A stretch of 64,000 bases of DNA, taken from the IMG/VR virus record IMGVR_UViG_3300044616_001452, one strand, 5' to 3'. This DNA comes from a virus. Below the pieces are notes generated by a model. The model did no database searches. It was not told the origin of the DNA and saw only the letters and a list, made by a program, of their open reading frames with translations. Every line of letters starts with the position of its first letter. Position 1 is the stretch's first letter. Position numbers and translations under genes: made by a program. This document shows positions 1 through 11,110 of the stretch, piece by piece.

Positions 1-2
1 AA

Positions 3-734
3 GAATTTTCTTTTGCTACAACCGCTAAGGATCTTCTTGCGAAATATCCCCTTACATATCAAAAAGATGGTTATTACATGTTGTATCCGAGCGGAAGAAC
101 AGGCCCAGGACAAGTAGTTTATTGCGATATGACCACCGATGGAGGAGGATGGATGATGATAGCAAGAAGTCATCCATCCACAGTAAACTATAATGGTCAA
201 AATTGGGGTTGGAGAGGAGGTCCTATAGGATCTATTAAAGACTTTTCTCAGGCATATCAAGCAGGTTGGTTGACATATTGGGATTCGATGGGTCAAACAT
301 TTACAGAATTTATTTTCGGTAATAGAAGTAATATATACAACAACTCATGGGGGCCCTTCATTTATAAAAGAGGTATAACTTATACAGATTTGATTAACAG
401 TGACACACAACAAGGTGGATCAACGTCCACTTTAAAATCAGATACGAATGTTTACGGCACAACATCTTTTCCAGGAATGCAAGGCGCTATAGGTTATCCT
501 GTAACGGGCACCAGTAATAATATTTACTACATGCGAGATTGTTGCGGATTTGCTGGATATGGTGGAACAGCTACATCAATGGTAACCGTATATTGCGGCG
601 CCAACTTCTATTATGCAGGTCCTTGGTGTGGTGGATCTACAACAGATGGTAGTGGCAACTTTCAAAATGGATCTTATGATTCGAATGGGCTAAGATTTGG
701 TGGGACTAACCAATACATGATTATGGTGAGATAA
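3..734 (+). CDS. Fibrinogen C-terminal-like domain virion/fibre protein (5' truncated by window edge)
   Basis: Frame is open from nt 3 (EFSFATTAKDLLAKYPLTYQKDGYYML...); YCDMTTDGGGW is the fibrinogen-C/intelectin signature. Confidence 0.75.
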   Translation, partial: EFSFATTAKDLLAKYPLTYQKDGYYMLYPSGRTGPGQVVYCDMTTDGGGWMMIARSHPSTVNYNGQNWGWRGGPIGSIKDFSQAYQAGWLTYWDSMGQTFTEFIFGNRSNIYNNSWGPFIYKRGITYTDLINSDTQQGGSTSTLKSDTNVYGTTSFPGMQGAIGYPVTGTSNNIYYMRDCCGFAGYGGTATSMVTVYCGANFYYAGPWCGGSTTDGSGNFQNGSYDSNGLRFGGTNQYMIMVR

Positions 735-992
735 ATGGAATATAGATTTCAAATTTTAACAAAAACTGGTATTATAGAATCTTTAGTGCAAAGTGAATCA
801 GATTTTTCTTGTGCACCTTTTGGTTATGTTCCATACCGAGTTATATCGACATGCGAATGTGAACCACAAGTAATAGATGATTTTTGGAATTGTGTGGATA
901 TTGTGCTTCAGAATAATAATGCAACAACTGACGATTATATAAGAGCCGTCAGAGCATATGTAGGTGATACAATTTACGGAGAACATGAATAA
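735..992 (+). CDS. Hypothetical protein
   Basis: 85-aa ORF tightly packed between neighbours. Confidence 0.6.
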   Translation: MEYRFQILTKTGIIESLVQSESDFSCAPFGYVPYRVISTCECEPQVIDDFWNCVDIVLQNNNATTDDYIRAVRAYVGDTIYGEHE

Positions 993-3160
993 TGGGTTTA
1001 GCGCATTCTTCAAGTATAGTCACTAATGGATTGGTTTTTTACTATGATATGAATAATATTAAAAAATCATGGAATGGAAAACCCGTAACAAACTATTATA
1101 CGAATGGACATTTTGCTGGTGGTCAACATGTAACCCAGGCTGCTAATGGTTCTTATTCTAATCCAACAAACACTGTAGTAGAAATGGCTAATCCTGGAGA
1201 CAGTCCATGGTGCTTACAAACAACTTCTGTTGGAGGATCTCCGTACACTGAATATGAATTATATTTGACAAATACGTTGACTACTAATACAACTTACTGT
1301 CTAAATTGTTGGTACGCTTTAACACCAGATTGGGATGGAAATAATACTGTATTTCATTCGAGATGGTTTAATCCTGATGGCAGTGAACAAGGCTCGTTAG
1401 GTGGTACAAGTTGGACTGTGGATCAAACACAAGTAATCGGTGGAATTACATGGAATAGAGTGTACACCACATTCACAACTGGAGCAACCACTAATGGGGC
1501 ACATAGTTGGTATGCAGGTTATCCTGCACAAAATACTAAAGGATATAGGTATTTTACAAATTTTCAAATTGAAGTGGGTTCAACACCCAGTAGATTTTCC
1601 AATGGCACAAGATATGCGAATTCAAACCTAGAATCTTCACCAAGTTATCCTTCATGGAATACACTCTCAGGGTCAAGTTATAGTGGTGGCACTCTAACAT
1701 TCACAGCAGGCTCTTACAACAGTAAAAGCGGATGGGACCTATACAAAACCTACAGTGGATTATCCACAGGTACAAATTATACATGGTCTGCTTTTGTTAA
1801 ATTAGGAACAGCAAGTAATCTAATTATTACAATGAATAACACTTCAGCATGGAACACTGGTCCATCGACTGTTGTGGCTGGTTTATCTAGCACGGATTGG
1901 ACAAGAGTGTATATCACCGGCACCACGAACACAGGATCATTTAATTTACATTTAGGTGCATCTTTCAATACAGAAGTGGCATCAACAGTTCAAAGTGCCG
2001 GCACAGTATTCATACAGGATGTTAGATTAGTTTTATCACAATCACAGACTGCTATTGCAGATATGATGGATAAAAATACGATTAACGCATCAAGTCTGAC
2101 ATATAACTCAGATGGAACTTTTAGTTTCAGTGGTAGTAATTCATTGACCATTTCAGCTAATCCAACAAGTTTTGATTTTAATAGTCAACAAACAATTATT
2201 TTATGGATGACAAATAAATCCACATCTGCAACTAGAAGAAATCCTTATAATCAAGCATATGCAGGTGGAGGAACAATCACACATGAAAACGATGCAGGAT
2301 TTAATTATTATTATGGAACAGGTGGAGGCGACAATGACCCATATACAAGTTTATATTCCTCTTTCAATGTGATTCAAGGTGAAAGAGCCATGATTGCTCT
2401 AACAAGAAACACTTCAACCACATCATGGTACAAGAATGGTGTGTTTAGTAATTCGCATGGTAATCCATACGGCACGGTTGTAACAGGAACAAATGCTATT
2501 ACAATTGGCTCCGGTTATACAACAGGTTTTGTTGGTGAAATACATGCAGTACAATTATATACTAGAGCACTTTCTGCTTCTGAGATTGCACAAAATTATT
2601 TTGCACTTTCAGAACGTTATTTTGGTTATCAGAGAATGAATTACGTTGCTTCTGGTAATGTGACATTAACTAATAACGGAACAGAAGAAGTTACAATGTT
2701 TAAAAATTCTGACAACAATAGTTGGAACGGAGAAGTTAGATCAACCGAAATGTTTACTGCACCCTGCACTATAGAATTTAGTAAAGATGCGGCCGATGGA
2801 GATAACGGAGCAAGTTATGCAATGATTGGATGGAATACTGATCCAACCGCAGATTCTAGTTATACTTCTCTAGACTATGCTTCATATCCATATCGCAAAG
2901 ATAATTATACGGTCTATCATAATGGAAATCAAGTAAATTTTTCAGGAACATGGGAATCTTCAAAACGATTTTATGTAGTTTACGATACAGACGGATATAT
3001 CCGTCATTACAACGGAAATAAATTGTTATACATCGTAAACTATGGAACAGGAAATAAAGTTTATTTTGACTCCTCATTTTATTCTGTTAATTCAACATTC
3101 GGTGGATTCTCAAACGTAAAAGTGTGTAGACGTTCATGGAATGGTTATACGTATGTTTAA
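992..3160 (+). CDS. LamG/concanavalin A-like lectin domain virion protein with inserted carbohydrate-binding-like modules
   Basis: N-term MGLAHSSSIVTNGLVFYYD and C-terminal LamG motif GEIHAVQLYTRALSASEIAQNY; Ser/Thr/Gly/Asn-rich beta protein. Confidence 0.75.
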   Translation: MGLAHSSSIVTNGLVFYYDMNNIKKSWNGKPVTNYYTNGHFAGGQHVTQAANGSYSNPTNTVVEMANPGDSPWCLQTTSVGGSPYTEYELYLTNTLTTNTTYCLNCWYALTPDWDGNNTVFHSRWFNPDGSEQGSLGGTSWTVDQTQVIGGITWNRVYTTFTTGATTNGAHSWYAGYPAQNTKGYRYFTNFQIEVGSTPSRFSNGTRYANSNLESSPSYPSWNTLSGSSYSGGTLTFTAGSYNSKSGWDLYKTYSGLSTGTNYTWSAFVKLGTASNLIITMNNTSAWNTGPSTVVAGLSSTDWTRVYITGTTNTGSFNLHLGASFNTEVASTVQSAGTVFIQDVRLVLSQSQTAIADMMDKNTINASSLTYNSDGTFSFSGSNSLTISANPTSFDFNSQQTIILWMTNKSTSATRRNPYNQAYAGGGTITHENDAGFNYYYGTGGGDNDPYTSLYSSFNVIQGERAMIALTRNTSTTSWYKNGVFSNSHGNPYGTVVTGTNAITIGSGYTTGFVGEIHAVQLYTRALSASEIAQNYFALSERYFGYQRMNYVASGNVTLTNNGTEEVTMFKNSDNNSWNGEVRSTEMFTAPCTIEFSKDAADGDNGASYAMIGWNTDPTADSSYTSLDYASYPYRKDNYTVYHNGNQVNFSGTWESSKRFYVVYDTDGYIRHYNGNKLLYIVNYGTGNKVYFDSSFYSVNSTFGGFSNVKVCRRSWNGYTYV

Positions 3161-3169
3161 GGAAAAATT

Positions 3170-3598
3170 ATGGCACATTACGCAAAAGTAGAAAACGGAA
3201 TTGTTACACAAGTTATTGTAGCAGATCAAGAATTCATTGACTCAGGTGCATTGGGTGATCCTACACAATGGATTCAAACTAGTTACAATACATTTGGTGG
3301 TGTACACAGAAGTGGAGGTACCCCTCTCAGAAAAAACTATGCAGGTGTTGGATATTTGTACATGTCAGATATTGATGCATTTGTTCCACCAAAAGTATAT
3401 GAGAGTTGGGTTTTAAATACTGAGACAGGTTTATGGGATGCTCCTGTGCCTAGACCAGAAAATAAACAATATGTAGTTTGGGATGAAGAAATAAAAAATT
3501 GGAAAGAGACTCCAAGTATATTACCTCCTACTATCACAATCTTTGGAGCAACTCCAACTGAATCAATATCGAGTAACACAGTATTCGGAGAAAACTAA
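3170..3598 (+). CDS. Conserved phage fibre-associated protein
   Basis: MAHYAKVENGIVTQVIVA...WIQTSYNT...RKNYAG.GY.Y...DAF.PP...W family that typically flanks Gly-rich fibre genes in aquatic phages. Confidence 0.65.
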   Translation: MAHYAKVENGIVTQVIVADQEFIDSGALGDPTQWIQTSYNTFGGVHRSGGTPLRKNYAGVGYLYMSDIDAFVPPKVYESWVLNTETGLWDAPVPRPENKQYVVWDEEIKNWKETPSILPPTITIFGATPTESISSNTVFGEN

Positions 3599-6081
3599 TG
3601 GGTGTATCCGCCGGACCAAATGTAGTAAGAGACAGTGATTACCAAGTACACGTTTGTACTGGTTCGGGATCTTTTGTACCCAACTTTACAGGAACAGTTG
3701 AGGTTCTTGTTGTTGCTGGCGGCGGTGGCGGTGGTATGGACATGGGTGGTGGAGGTGGAGGAGGTGGTGTTCTCACTAGCACAACCTATGCAGTCACATC
3801 AGGATCAGGCATAACTGTCACTGTCGGCGCTGGCGGTGTTGGAGCACCTTCAGGTGGACCTCCACAACCATGGGGGCATCAATTTACAGCTAGTGCAACC
3901 TCAGGTGGCAACTCAGTTTTTGGTTCACTAACTGCTGTTGGTGGTGGATACGGAGGAAGTTCTTATTTCGGGTATACTCCAAATAATGGTTATGGTGCAA
4001 ACGGTGGTTCAGGTGGAGGTGCTTCAGGTTATTCAGATGGTAGCACTGGCAGAAATGGATCGGGTACAGTAGGGCAAGGAAATGCAGGCGGCGGTAGCAT
4101 AGGGCAATATTATTCTGGGGGTGGAGGTGGTGCCGGTGCAGCAGGTTCAAACGGTGGCACTGCAAATGGTGGTGCAGGAGTTTTAAACAACATTTTAGGT
4201 GGTGGAAAAAACTATTATTGGGCCGGCGGAGGTGGCGGTTCAGGTTACAGCAGCGGCACTGGCGGGAACGGTGGGTTAGGTGGAGGTGGTGGCGGTACAC
4301 CAGGAGGAACATCTAACGGATTAGGTGACACAAACGGATTAAATCCTGGAAGAAATGGTGGTATGGGACCAGGGGGTAATTGGACTAATGTTCCAGGAGG
4401 TGATGGAGGTAAAAATACCGGTGGTGGCGGTGGTGGTGGGAACCATTATAATCGAAGCAATAGAGGAGGCAATGGTGGTTCAGGAATAGTAATCATACGC
4501 CATCTCAAGTCTTCCGGAACATCAACATTTAACGGGCTTGCAGACAATAGAAGCTCTATTATATTCAATATGGACCCAGCAAATATTGCAAAAGGAATGG
4601 CTGTAGAAGTTTTAGTTGTTGGAGGTGGCGGCGGTGGTGGTATGGACATGGGTGGTGGAGGTGGGGGAGGTGGTGTTGTATATAATCCAGCAATGAGAGT
4701 ACAATTAAATGCTGCTATGACTGTGATAGTCGGTGCAGGAGGCAATGGATCACCTGGTACTTATGGAAGTAATCCTGTGACTGGATTCACTGGAGGAAAT
4801 TCATCAGTTGGAGAAGTTGTTGGCTATGGTGGAGGTGGCGGTGGTTCTGGGCACTCATCAAGCCCAGGATATGCTGGAAATTACACAGGTTCAAGTGGAA
4901 ATGGTGGAGGAGCTGGCGGCGACGCTGCATACTCTGGTGGCGGTAGAGGAATGGGTAGTGATCCTGCACCATTAGATGTACCTCAAGGATATTCGGGAGG
5001 TTCGGCAAAACCATACGCATATGGAGCAGGTGGCGGTGGAGGATCCAATAGACCTGGTGCTGCTGGTAGATATCATGGGCAACAGTCTGGAGGTAATGGC
5101 GGAGACGGGGTATTTTCATCAATTGCTGGAACTGGATATTATTGGGGTGGCGGAGGAGGTGGTGCATCATGGGATGTCACCTCCGGAGGAAGCGGAGGTG
5201 CAGGTGGTGGAGGCGGAGGCAGTGTATACAATGGGTTTACGCCAGGTTCTGGAGATACTAACGGATATAATGCAGGAGGTAATGGAACAGCGGCATCCAG
5301 TTCTAATGGTGGTGCCGGTGGCGCTAACACCGGAGGTGGAGGAGGTGGTGGCACACACTCACACTCTGTTGGCGGAAATGGTGGTTCCGGAATTGTAATC
5401 ATTCGTTACTATGGTTCACAAAAAGCTACAGGTGGAACTATTACTTCTTCTGGTGGATATACAGTACACACGTTTACAAGCTCAGGAACATTTACACCTA
5501 CTGATAATATAGGTGCAAGGGATATGGGACCGTTTAATAATGGATTGACAGCAATTAGTGTCACATATAATGCATCAAATGGAGGATACTTTTCTTGGAG
5601 TGAAGGAGTGAATGCTAGAATACAAAGTTCAAATGCAAATTTTTCATTTGGTACTGGAGATTTTACTTTAGAATGTTGGATAAATCCTACTAATTTTAAT
5701 AATTATACACATATGATAGCACTTCCAGATCAAAACACATTTGCACTCAAAGCAAACGTAAATGATGGAGCAATATATTTTTATAGCCCAAGTTTCTCTA
5801 CTTATCCAACTTCGGGATGGACTCTGACTGCTGGTGTTTGGAACCATGTAGTAATGACCCGTGCTAGTAGTACGTCCTATAGTTATTTAAACGGTGTTCT
5901 TAAAGGATCGAAAGCAGGATTTACAAACTCGTTTGGTGAACAAATATTAAACATTGGTAATGGTTTTAGCAATGAATATACAGCAAAAAGTATAGCAGCG
6001 GTTAAAATATATAACAAAGCACTAACCGCCGATGAAGTGTATCAGAATTTCGTATCCATGCGTGGGCGTTATGGAATATAA
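3598..6081 (+). CDS. Glycine-rich fibre/adhesin protein with two Gly-rich domains and a C-terminal LamG domain
   Basis: Two copies of VEVLVV(A/G)GGGGGGMDMGGGGGGGGV...GGSGIVIIR; LamG motifs FTLECWINP, WNHVVMTR, IYNKALTADEVYQNF. Confidence 0.75.
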   Translation: MGVSAGPNVVRDSDYQVHVCTGSGSFVPNFTGTVEVLVVAGGGGGGMDMGGGGGGGGVLTSTTYAVTSGSGITVTVGAGGVGAPSGGPPQPWGHQFTASATSGGNSVFGSLTAVGGGYGGSSYFGYTPNNGYGANGGSGGGASGYSDGSTGRNGSGTVGQGNAGGGSIGQYYSGGGGGAGAAGSNGGTANGGAGVLNNILGGGKNYYWAGGGGGSGYSSGTGGNGGLGGGGGGTPGGTSNGLGDTNGLNPGRNGGMGPGGNWTNVPGGDGGKNTGGGGGGGNHYNRSNRGGNGGSGIVIIRHLKSSGTSTFNGLADNRSSIIFNMDPANIAKGMAVEVLVVGGGGGGGMDMGGGGGGGGVVYNPAMRVQLNAAMTVIVGAGGNGSPGTYGSNPVTGFTGGNSSVGEVVGYGGGGGGSGHSSSPGYAGNYTGSSGNGGGAGGDAAYSGGGRGMGSDPAPLDVPQGYSGGSAKPYAYGAGGGGGSNRPGAAGRYHGQQSGGNGGDGVFSSIAGTGYYWGGGGGGASWDVTSGGSGGAGGGGGGSVYNGFTPGSGDTNGYNAGGNGTAASSSNGGAGGANTGGGGGGGTHSHSVGGNGGSGIVIIRYYGSQKATGGTITSSGGYTVHTFTSSGTFTPTDNIGARDMGPFNNGLTAISVTYNASNGGYFSWSEGVNARIQSSNANFSFGTGDFTLECWINPTNFNNYTHMIALPDQNTFALKANVNDGAIYFYSPSFSTYPTSGWTLTAGVWNHVVMTRASSTSYSYLNGVLKGSKAGFTNSFGEQILNIGNGFSNEYTAKSIAAVKIYNKALTADEVYQNFVSMRGRYGI

Positions 6082-6108
6082 TAAATATAATTAAAAACAG
6101 GAACATAG

Positions 6109-8508
6109 ATGGCAAATTCAGATAAAAATTTAGTTATCACACCTAATATAAGTTCATCATCAGATGATCCAAAGGTTGTATTCAGCGCCGCTAATACATC
6201 TGGAGGTCCTTTCAACATCACTGCTCGCGCATATCCGACCTCGAACGGAACTCTTTCTTTTGAAGGATCCGCAGGGCAGCTATTCTCGATTACGAACAGT
6301 CTGACGGGAACACTTTTCTCCGTCAATGACATTTCTGGTATTCCATCTATCGAAGTTCTTGATTCTGGTGCAGTCAAACTTGCACAATATTCGGGTAATG
6401 TGTTAGTGGGTGGCACAACCACCGACGGTGTAAGTAAACTTCAAGTTACAGGTTCAGCTAACGTATCTTCTCTAAGAATACAAGGATACGGGCAAGTCAT
6501 CAGCAGTTCAGGTACATGGACAGGACCAAATAGTGGATTGATTGGACCACAAGGTCCAATTGGACCAATCGGACCTATAGGACCCATAGGTCCTATTGGT
6601 CCAACAGGCCCACAAGGTCCAATAGGACCAGGAGGTCCGGGCGGTCCAGGTGGTCCAATCGGTCCTATTGGGCCCATAGGTCCAATCGGTCCTATTGGTC
6701 CAACAGGCCCACAAGGTCCAATTGGACCAGGAGGTCCGGGCGGTCCAGGTGGACCAATCGGCCCCATAGGCCCCATCGGTCCAATTGGTCCTATTGGTCC
6801 AACAGGCCCACAAGGTCCAATAGGACCAGGAGGTCCAGGTGGTCCAATCGGTCCTATTGGGCCCATCGGCCCCATCGGTCCAATAGGTCCTACTGGTCCA
6901 CAAGGTCCAATAGGACCAATAGGACCAATAGGACCAGGTGGACCAATAGGTCCAATTGGTCCCATAGGACCAACAGGCCCACAAGGTCCAATAGGACCGA
7001 TTGGACCAATAGGACCAGGAGGTCCGGGCGGTCCAGGTGGTCCAGGTGGTCCTATTGGGCCCATTGGTCCAATTGGTCCAGTAGGCACTCTAACTGCTCA
7101 GAAAAACTTTGTCGTTACAGATACTAATGTACTTGGAGCATCTGCTTGCTGGAACACATTAATTGGGCAAGGTGCAGGATGCGCGCTTTCATCAGGTGAT
7201 GGAAATGTTTTTATAGGAAAACAAGCAGGAAGATATAATAACGGGCAAGAAAATGTATTTTTAGGTTCATATGCTGGTTACAAATACACAGGAAATTATA
7301 ATATAGCTTTTGGAATTGCAAGTGCTATATGTGCTCAAGGAGCAAATCATAATGTAACTATGGGGTGTAGTGCAGGTAGATATCTTACAACAGGTAGTTA
7401 TAATATTTTCATAGGGAGATTGTCTGGTTTTTATAGTTCAATTGGAACCAGTAATGTTTTTATAGGTGATCAGGCAGGTTTCTGCGCCGGAAATTCTGCT
7501 GTAAAAACTAATAATGTTTTTATAGGTAGAAGGGCAGGATACGCAGGAGCCGGCCGACAATCTATTTTCATAGGGCAATATTCGGGAGAATTTGGTGCAG
7601 GGTCATTACCAAATGCAATTGGAATAGGCAACCAAGCAATGAGGCGTACTCAAGGTACTGCCGCTATTGCCATAGGACATTATGCTGGTGGTTGCTGTTC
7701 AGGAACTTGCGTAATTTCAATTGGTGCAAATGCTGGCATGTATAATGGTGGGCTAGGTAACGTGAATATTGGGCATTGTGCTGGTTGGTGCGCTTCATCC
7801 GGATTAAATGTAATGGTTGGTTATTTGACCGGGCTAATCAACACCGCAGCATGTAATAATTTTTTTGGTTACAACACAGGAAGATTTAACACAACAGGAA
7901 CTATTAATTCTTTTTTTGGCACATTTGCAGGTTACAATAATGCTTCGGGCTCTTGCAACACCGCATTTGGTTCATTTGCGGGTTGCAATATGTCTACCGG
8001 CTCGAATGTAACCACAATTGGATACGACGCGCAACCAAGTTCTGGAACAGTATCAAACGAAGTTACAATAGGAAATGGTGCAGTTACAAGCACAAGATTG
8101 AGGGGGCTAGTTGCAACAGGCAGTGCAATTTTAGAAACTTTTGTTACAGTTGGCGCGGCGACCGGAACAATAAATTATGATGTGTTTTCCCAGAGTGTTT
8201 ATTGGTCAAATTCAAACGCTACAGGAAACTGGACTTTAAACATAAGAGGAAATTCTACCACATCACTTAATAGCGTATTAGCCGTAAATCAAAGCATTTC
8301 TATCGCATTTATAGCACAACAAGGTGCAACAGCATATTATCAAACAGGTTTTCAAATAGACGGGTCGGCGGTAACTCCAAAATGGCAAACAGGTGTGGCA
8401 CCTGCCAGCGGAAATGCAAACTCAAATGATATGTATGTCATCACGATCTTAAAAACTGGATCGGCAGCGTATACTGTATTTGAAACACAGACTAAATTTG
8501 GATTATAA
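6109..8508 (+). CDS. Collagen-like tail fibre protein with beta-helical (YadA-head-like) repeats
   Basis: 60 Gly-Pro-X triplets followed by ~14-aa NxFIGxxAG repeats; preceded by late-promoter-like AATAAATA (6080-6087). Confidence 0.8.
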   Translation: MANSDKNLVITPNISSSSDDPKVVFSAANTSGGPFNITARAYPTSNGTLSFEGSAGQLFSITNSLTGTLFSVNDISGIPSIEVLDSGAVKLAQYSGNVLVGGTTTDGVSKLQVTGSANVSSLRIQGYGQVISSSGTWTGPNSGLIGPQGPIGPIGPIGPIGPIGPTGPQGPIGPGGPGGPGGPIGPIGPIGPIGPIGPTGPQGPIGPGGPGGPGGPIGPIGPIGPIGPIGPTGPQGPIGPGGPGGPIGPIGPIGPIGPIGPTGPQGPIGPIGPIGPGGPIGPIGPIGPTGPQGPIGPIGPIGPGGPGGPGGPGGPIGPIGPIGPVGTLTAQKNFVVTDTNVLGASACWNTLIGQGAGCALSSGDGNVFIGKQAGRYNNGQENVFLGSYAGYKYTGNYNIAFGIASAICAQGANHNVTMGCSAGRYLTTGSYNIFIGRLSGFYSSIGTSNVFIGDQAGFCAGNSAVKTNNVFIGRRAGYAGAGRQSIFIGQYSGEFGAGSLPNAIGIGNQAMRRTQGTAAIAIGHYAGGCCSGTCVISIGANAGMYNGGLGNVNIGHCAGWCASSGLNVMVGYLTGLINTAACNNFFGYNTGRFNTTGTINSFFGTFAGYNNASGSCNTAFGSFAGCNMSTGSNVTTIGYDAQPSSGTVSNEVTIGNGAVTSTRLRGLVATGSAILETFVTVGAATGTINYDVFSQSVYWSNSNATGNWTLNIRGNSTTSLNSVLAVNQSISIAFIAQQGATAYYQTGFQIDGSAVTPKWQTGVAPASGNANSNDMYVITILKTGSAAYTVFETQTKFGL
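6544..7083 (+). repeat. Collagen-type 9-bp coding repeat, 60 uninterrupted Gly-Pro-X triplets (X mostly Ile, also Gly/Thr/Gln)
   Basis: ggN ccN NNN repeated over 540 nt. Confidence 0.95.
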
Positions 8509-8510
8509 TC

Positions 8511-9191
8511 ATGCCATCATTTGGTAATTTTTCCTCACGAGGGCTAGGGCAAGCAATTTTAATGTATAGATTGCAACTTGGCACCAAAGCTCCAACTTTA
8601 GGTGCAAGTGGAGCAAGTTGGACGCCTTCTGGTTGGACAAGTCTTCAAAACGCATCTGTTGATGATAGTTTTGTTAGTGTTACAATTCCTTCATTTGTCA
8701 TGGGTAGTGCATCTTTTACAACAGCATATATTGGATCCAATACATATATAACTTTTAGTAGCGGATCTACTGTCTTTAGCGGTTTAAATGGGGGCAATCC
8801 AGTATTAAACAAAATTCATTTAGGTGCAGCCGATAATTCATATCAACGAGTTGCTTATAGAAATTCTCCACGTTCTGGTGCATATACTAGAATACGTTAC
8901 GAAGGTACCGCTTCCACGAGTGGAACCGCAGGATCACCAAATATTGTATATGAAGCAACATTTTTTAATATAGCGGACACTGGAGGAATATCAGTTGTAG
9001 AAGTATTATTTGGAACTCATGGTCGTACAAGTGGTGCAGCAGGTATAGCCGGTTTCAATTCATATTACGCAACACCTTCACCTGCTGGATTTTATTCTGC
9101 AAATCAAAGTTACGTTTTCATGGCAAATAACACATCAGGTACGTCTTGGACAATATATACTGGTTATTACTTAGCAGGGACGGATTATTAA
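8511..9191 (+). CDS. Putative virion/fibre-tip protein
   Basis: Ser/Gly/Thr-rich beta protein immediately after the fibre gene. Confidence 0.55.
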   Translation: MPSFGNFSSRGLGQAILMYRLQLGTKAPTLGASGASWTPSGWTSLQNASVDDSFVSVTIPSFVMGSASFTTAYIGSNTYITFSSGSTVFSGLNGGNPVLNKIHLGAADNSYQRVAYRNSPRSGAYTRIRYEGTASTSGTAGSPNIVYEATFFNIADTGGISVVEVLFGTHGRTSGAAGIAGFNSYYATPSPAGFYSANQSYVFMANNTSGTSWTIYTGYYLAGTDY

Positions 9192-9192
9192 A

Positions 9193-9675
9193 ATGTATGC
9201 AAAAATTTTAAACAATGCGGTTGTAAAATACCCCTTCACTTTAGTTGAATTAGAACAAGAAAATCCATATACGAAATATAATATGGATGTGGATTTGATT
9301 GATATCTATCCGAAAACAGAAACAGGAACAAGAGAAAATTCTTTTTTGGTTGAAGTGCATTCTTCAACACCTCCGTCTTTTAATCCTGCATTGGAAAAAA
9401 TAGTCGAATCGAATCCAGTCCTAAGCAATGGGCAATGGGTACAAAATTGGGTCATTGAACAGTTAACAGAGGAAGAAAGGCTTCAAGCAGAAGAAGAAAA
9501 ATCTTCCGAAATTAGAAAACAAAGAAACGAACTTCTATCTGATACTGATTGGACACAATTGAATGATGTTTCTTCAACCGTATCTCAACAATATGCGAAT
9601 TATAGACAAGCATTAAGAGATATGCCACAACAATCAGGATTTCCTTGGAACATTACATGGCCAAATGTGACATGA
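9193..9675 (+). CDS. Phage tail fibre assembly chaperone (Phage_tail_APC-like)
   Basis: C-terminal IRKQRNELLSDTDWTQL...YRQALRDMPQQSGFPWNITWP motif. Confidence 0.85.
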   Translation: MYAKILNNAVVKYPFTLVELEQENPYTKYNMDVDLIDIYPKTETGTRENSFLVEVHSSTPPSFNPALEKIVESNPVLSNGQWVQNWVIEQLTEEERLQAEEEKSSEIRKQRNELLSDTDWTQLNDVSSTVSQQYANYRQALRDMPQQSGFPWNITWPNVT

Positions 9676-9702
9676 TAAATATTATTTTTATGAAGGTGAA
9701 TT

Positions 9703-10344
9703 ATGAAACGTATATTAATTGCTACACCATGTCTTTATGGTAAAGTTGACGCATATTATGTACACAGTTTATGCGAATCAATTAAACTAGGGCTTAAACA
9801 CTCCTTAGCCATCAATGCAATTTTTCTCGCAGAAGAAAGTATACTCACAATTGCAAGAAATGAACTTATCAATTTAGCATATCGAGATGAATATGATGCT
9901 ATGGTCTTTATTGATGATGATGAACTTTGGGCTCCAGAAGCATTGATTGAAATTATTCTTTCAGAAAAGGATGTGGTTGGAGTTCCTGTTGTAAATAAAG
10001 GCGATGCTAAAGTAGAATATAATGTTTCTTATGATAAAAATAAAGTGTATAAAGATAAAGATGATGAGTATATCAAAGTCAGAAGTGTTGGTACAGGTTT
10101 CCTAAAATTATCCAGAAAAGTCATCGTTGATCTGTGTGAATCAAATTCGGAAATTATTTTCAGAAACAAAAAATTAAAAAATGTATTTGAATTTAATTAT
10201 ATAAACGGTGCATTTATAGGTGAAGATATAATGCTATGTCGAAAACTACATGAATTGGGGTATGGTATATGGATTAATCCAAAACATACCGTTTCACATA
10301 TGGGTGTAAAAATGTATAAAGGTGACTTTCAAAAAAATATTTAA
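9703..10344 (+). CDS. Glycosyltransferase-like protein (GT-A fold)
   Basis: ILIATP..., IARNEL, FIDDD (DxD), GTGFL, GED..LC motifs; late-promoter-like GATAAATA at 9674-9681. Confidence 0.75.
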   Translation: MKRILIATPCLYGKVDAYYVHSLCESIKLGLKHSLAINAIFLAEESILTIARNELINLAYRDEYDAMVFIDDDELWAPEALIEIILSEKDVVGVPVVNKGDAKVEYNVSYDKNKVYKDKDDEYIKVRSVGTGFLKLSRKVIVDLCESNSEIIFRNKKLKNVFEFNYINGAFIGEDIMLCRKLHELGYGIWINPKHTVSHMGVKMYKGDFQKNI

Positions 10345-10346
10345 TC

Positions 10347-11108
10347 ATGAAAAATAAAATTGATGTTGTTATACCAACAATGTGGGCATATGAGCCTTTT
10401 CCTAAAATTTTAGAAAAATATTCAAAGTTTGAATCTATCAATAATATTTTTTTAATTGACAATTCACTACATTCAAAAAATAAAAAAACAATCAAACATA
10501 TTGACAAAGTTGTTGAGATTTGCTATGGTAGAAACATTTATGTGAATTCAGCATGGAATGAAGGCTATCATAGATCAAAGGCTGATATACTGTGTCTGCT
10601 TAATGATGATATTTCAGTTGATGAAAGTATATTTGATAAAATGTCAGAGTTAGATTTCTCTGAAATAGATGTTATTGGAGTACATCTAAAAGGTAGTATT
10701 GATAATTATCATATTGTCGAACATGAAACTATTGAGGATGAATTGATAAAACTTAATGTTGATAAAACAAAAGCAATCGGTGGGCAAAGTTATGCTTTTG
10801 GTGTCTGCATGTTCATCAAACGTTCCTCTTATAGAGTTATACCAAGTTTATATAAAATTTGGTATGGAGATGACTACTTAATTCAAAAATGTAAAAACAT
10901 TTATGCTTTGAAAACCAGCAAAATAAAAGGAGAAATTTCAAAAACTATCACTGCATTCGATAAAGACAGTGACATACAAAAACGAATAGAACTGGATTCA
11001 AAAAATGCATACAAGTTTTTTTACCCTGCAAAAAATTGGGATTTAGTACAGAGCTATGCATTGAAAGAACAAAAAACTATACCATTTTTAGAAAGAAGGA
11101 AATATTGA
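10347..11108 (+). CDS. GT2-family glycosyltransferase
   Basis: IDVVIPTM, LIDN, VNSAWNEG, LLNDD, WYGDD motifs. Confidence 0.8.
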   Translation: MKNKIDVVIPTMWAYEPFPKILEKYSKFESINNIFLIDNSLHSKNKKTIKHIDKVVEICYGRNIYVNSAWNEGYHRSKADILCLLNDDISVDESIFDKMSELDFSEIDVIGVHLKGSIDNYHIVEHETIEDELIKLNVDKTKAIGGQSYAFGVCMFIKRSSYRVIPSLYKIWYGDDYLIQKCKNIYALKTSKIKGEISKTITAFDKDSDIQKRIELDSKNAYKFFYPAKNWDLVQSYALKEQKTIPFLERRKY

Positions 11109-11110
11109 TT

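Noticed and set aside
3890-5402. Pro-rich and His-rich ORFs overlapping the Gly-rich gene
   Set aside because: Frame and strand shadows of poly-Gly codons
6441-7088. Antisense ORFs (215 aa collagen-like, 158 aa Trp-rich) over the collagen repeat
   Set aside because: Shadow of the GGN-CCN repeat, which is nearly self-complementary; no RBS or independent signal
3-9191. Diversity-generating retroelement acting on fibre genes
   Set aside because: No reverse transcriptase in the window and no template/variable repeat pair differing at adenines was seen
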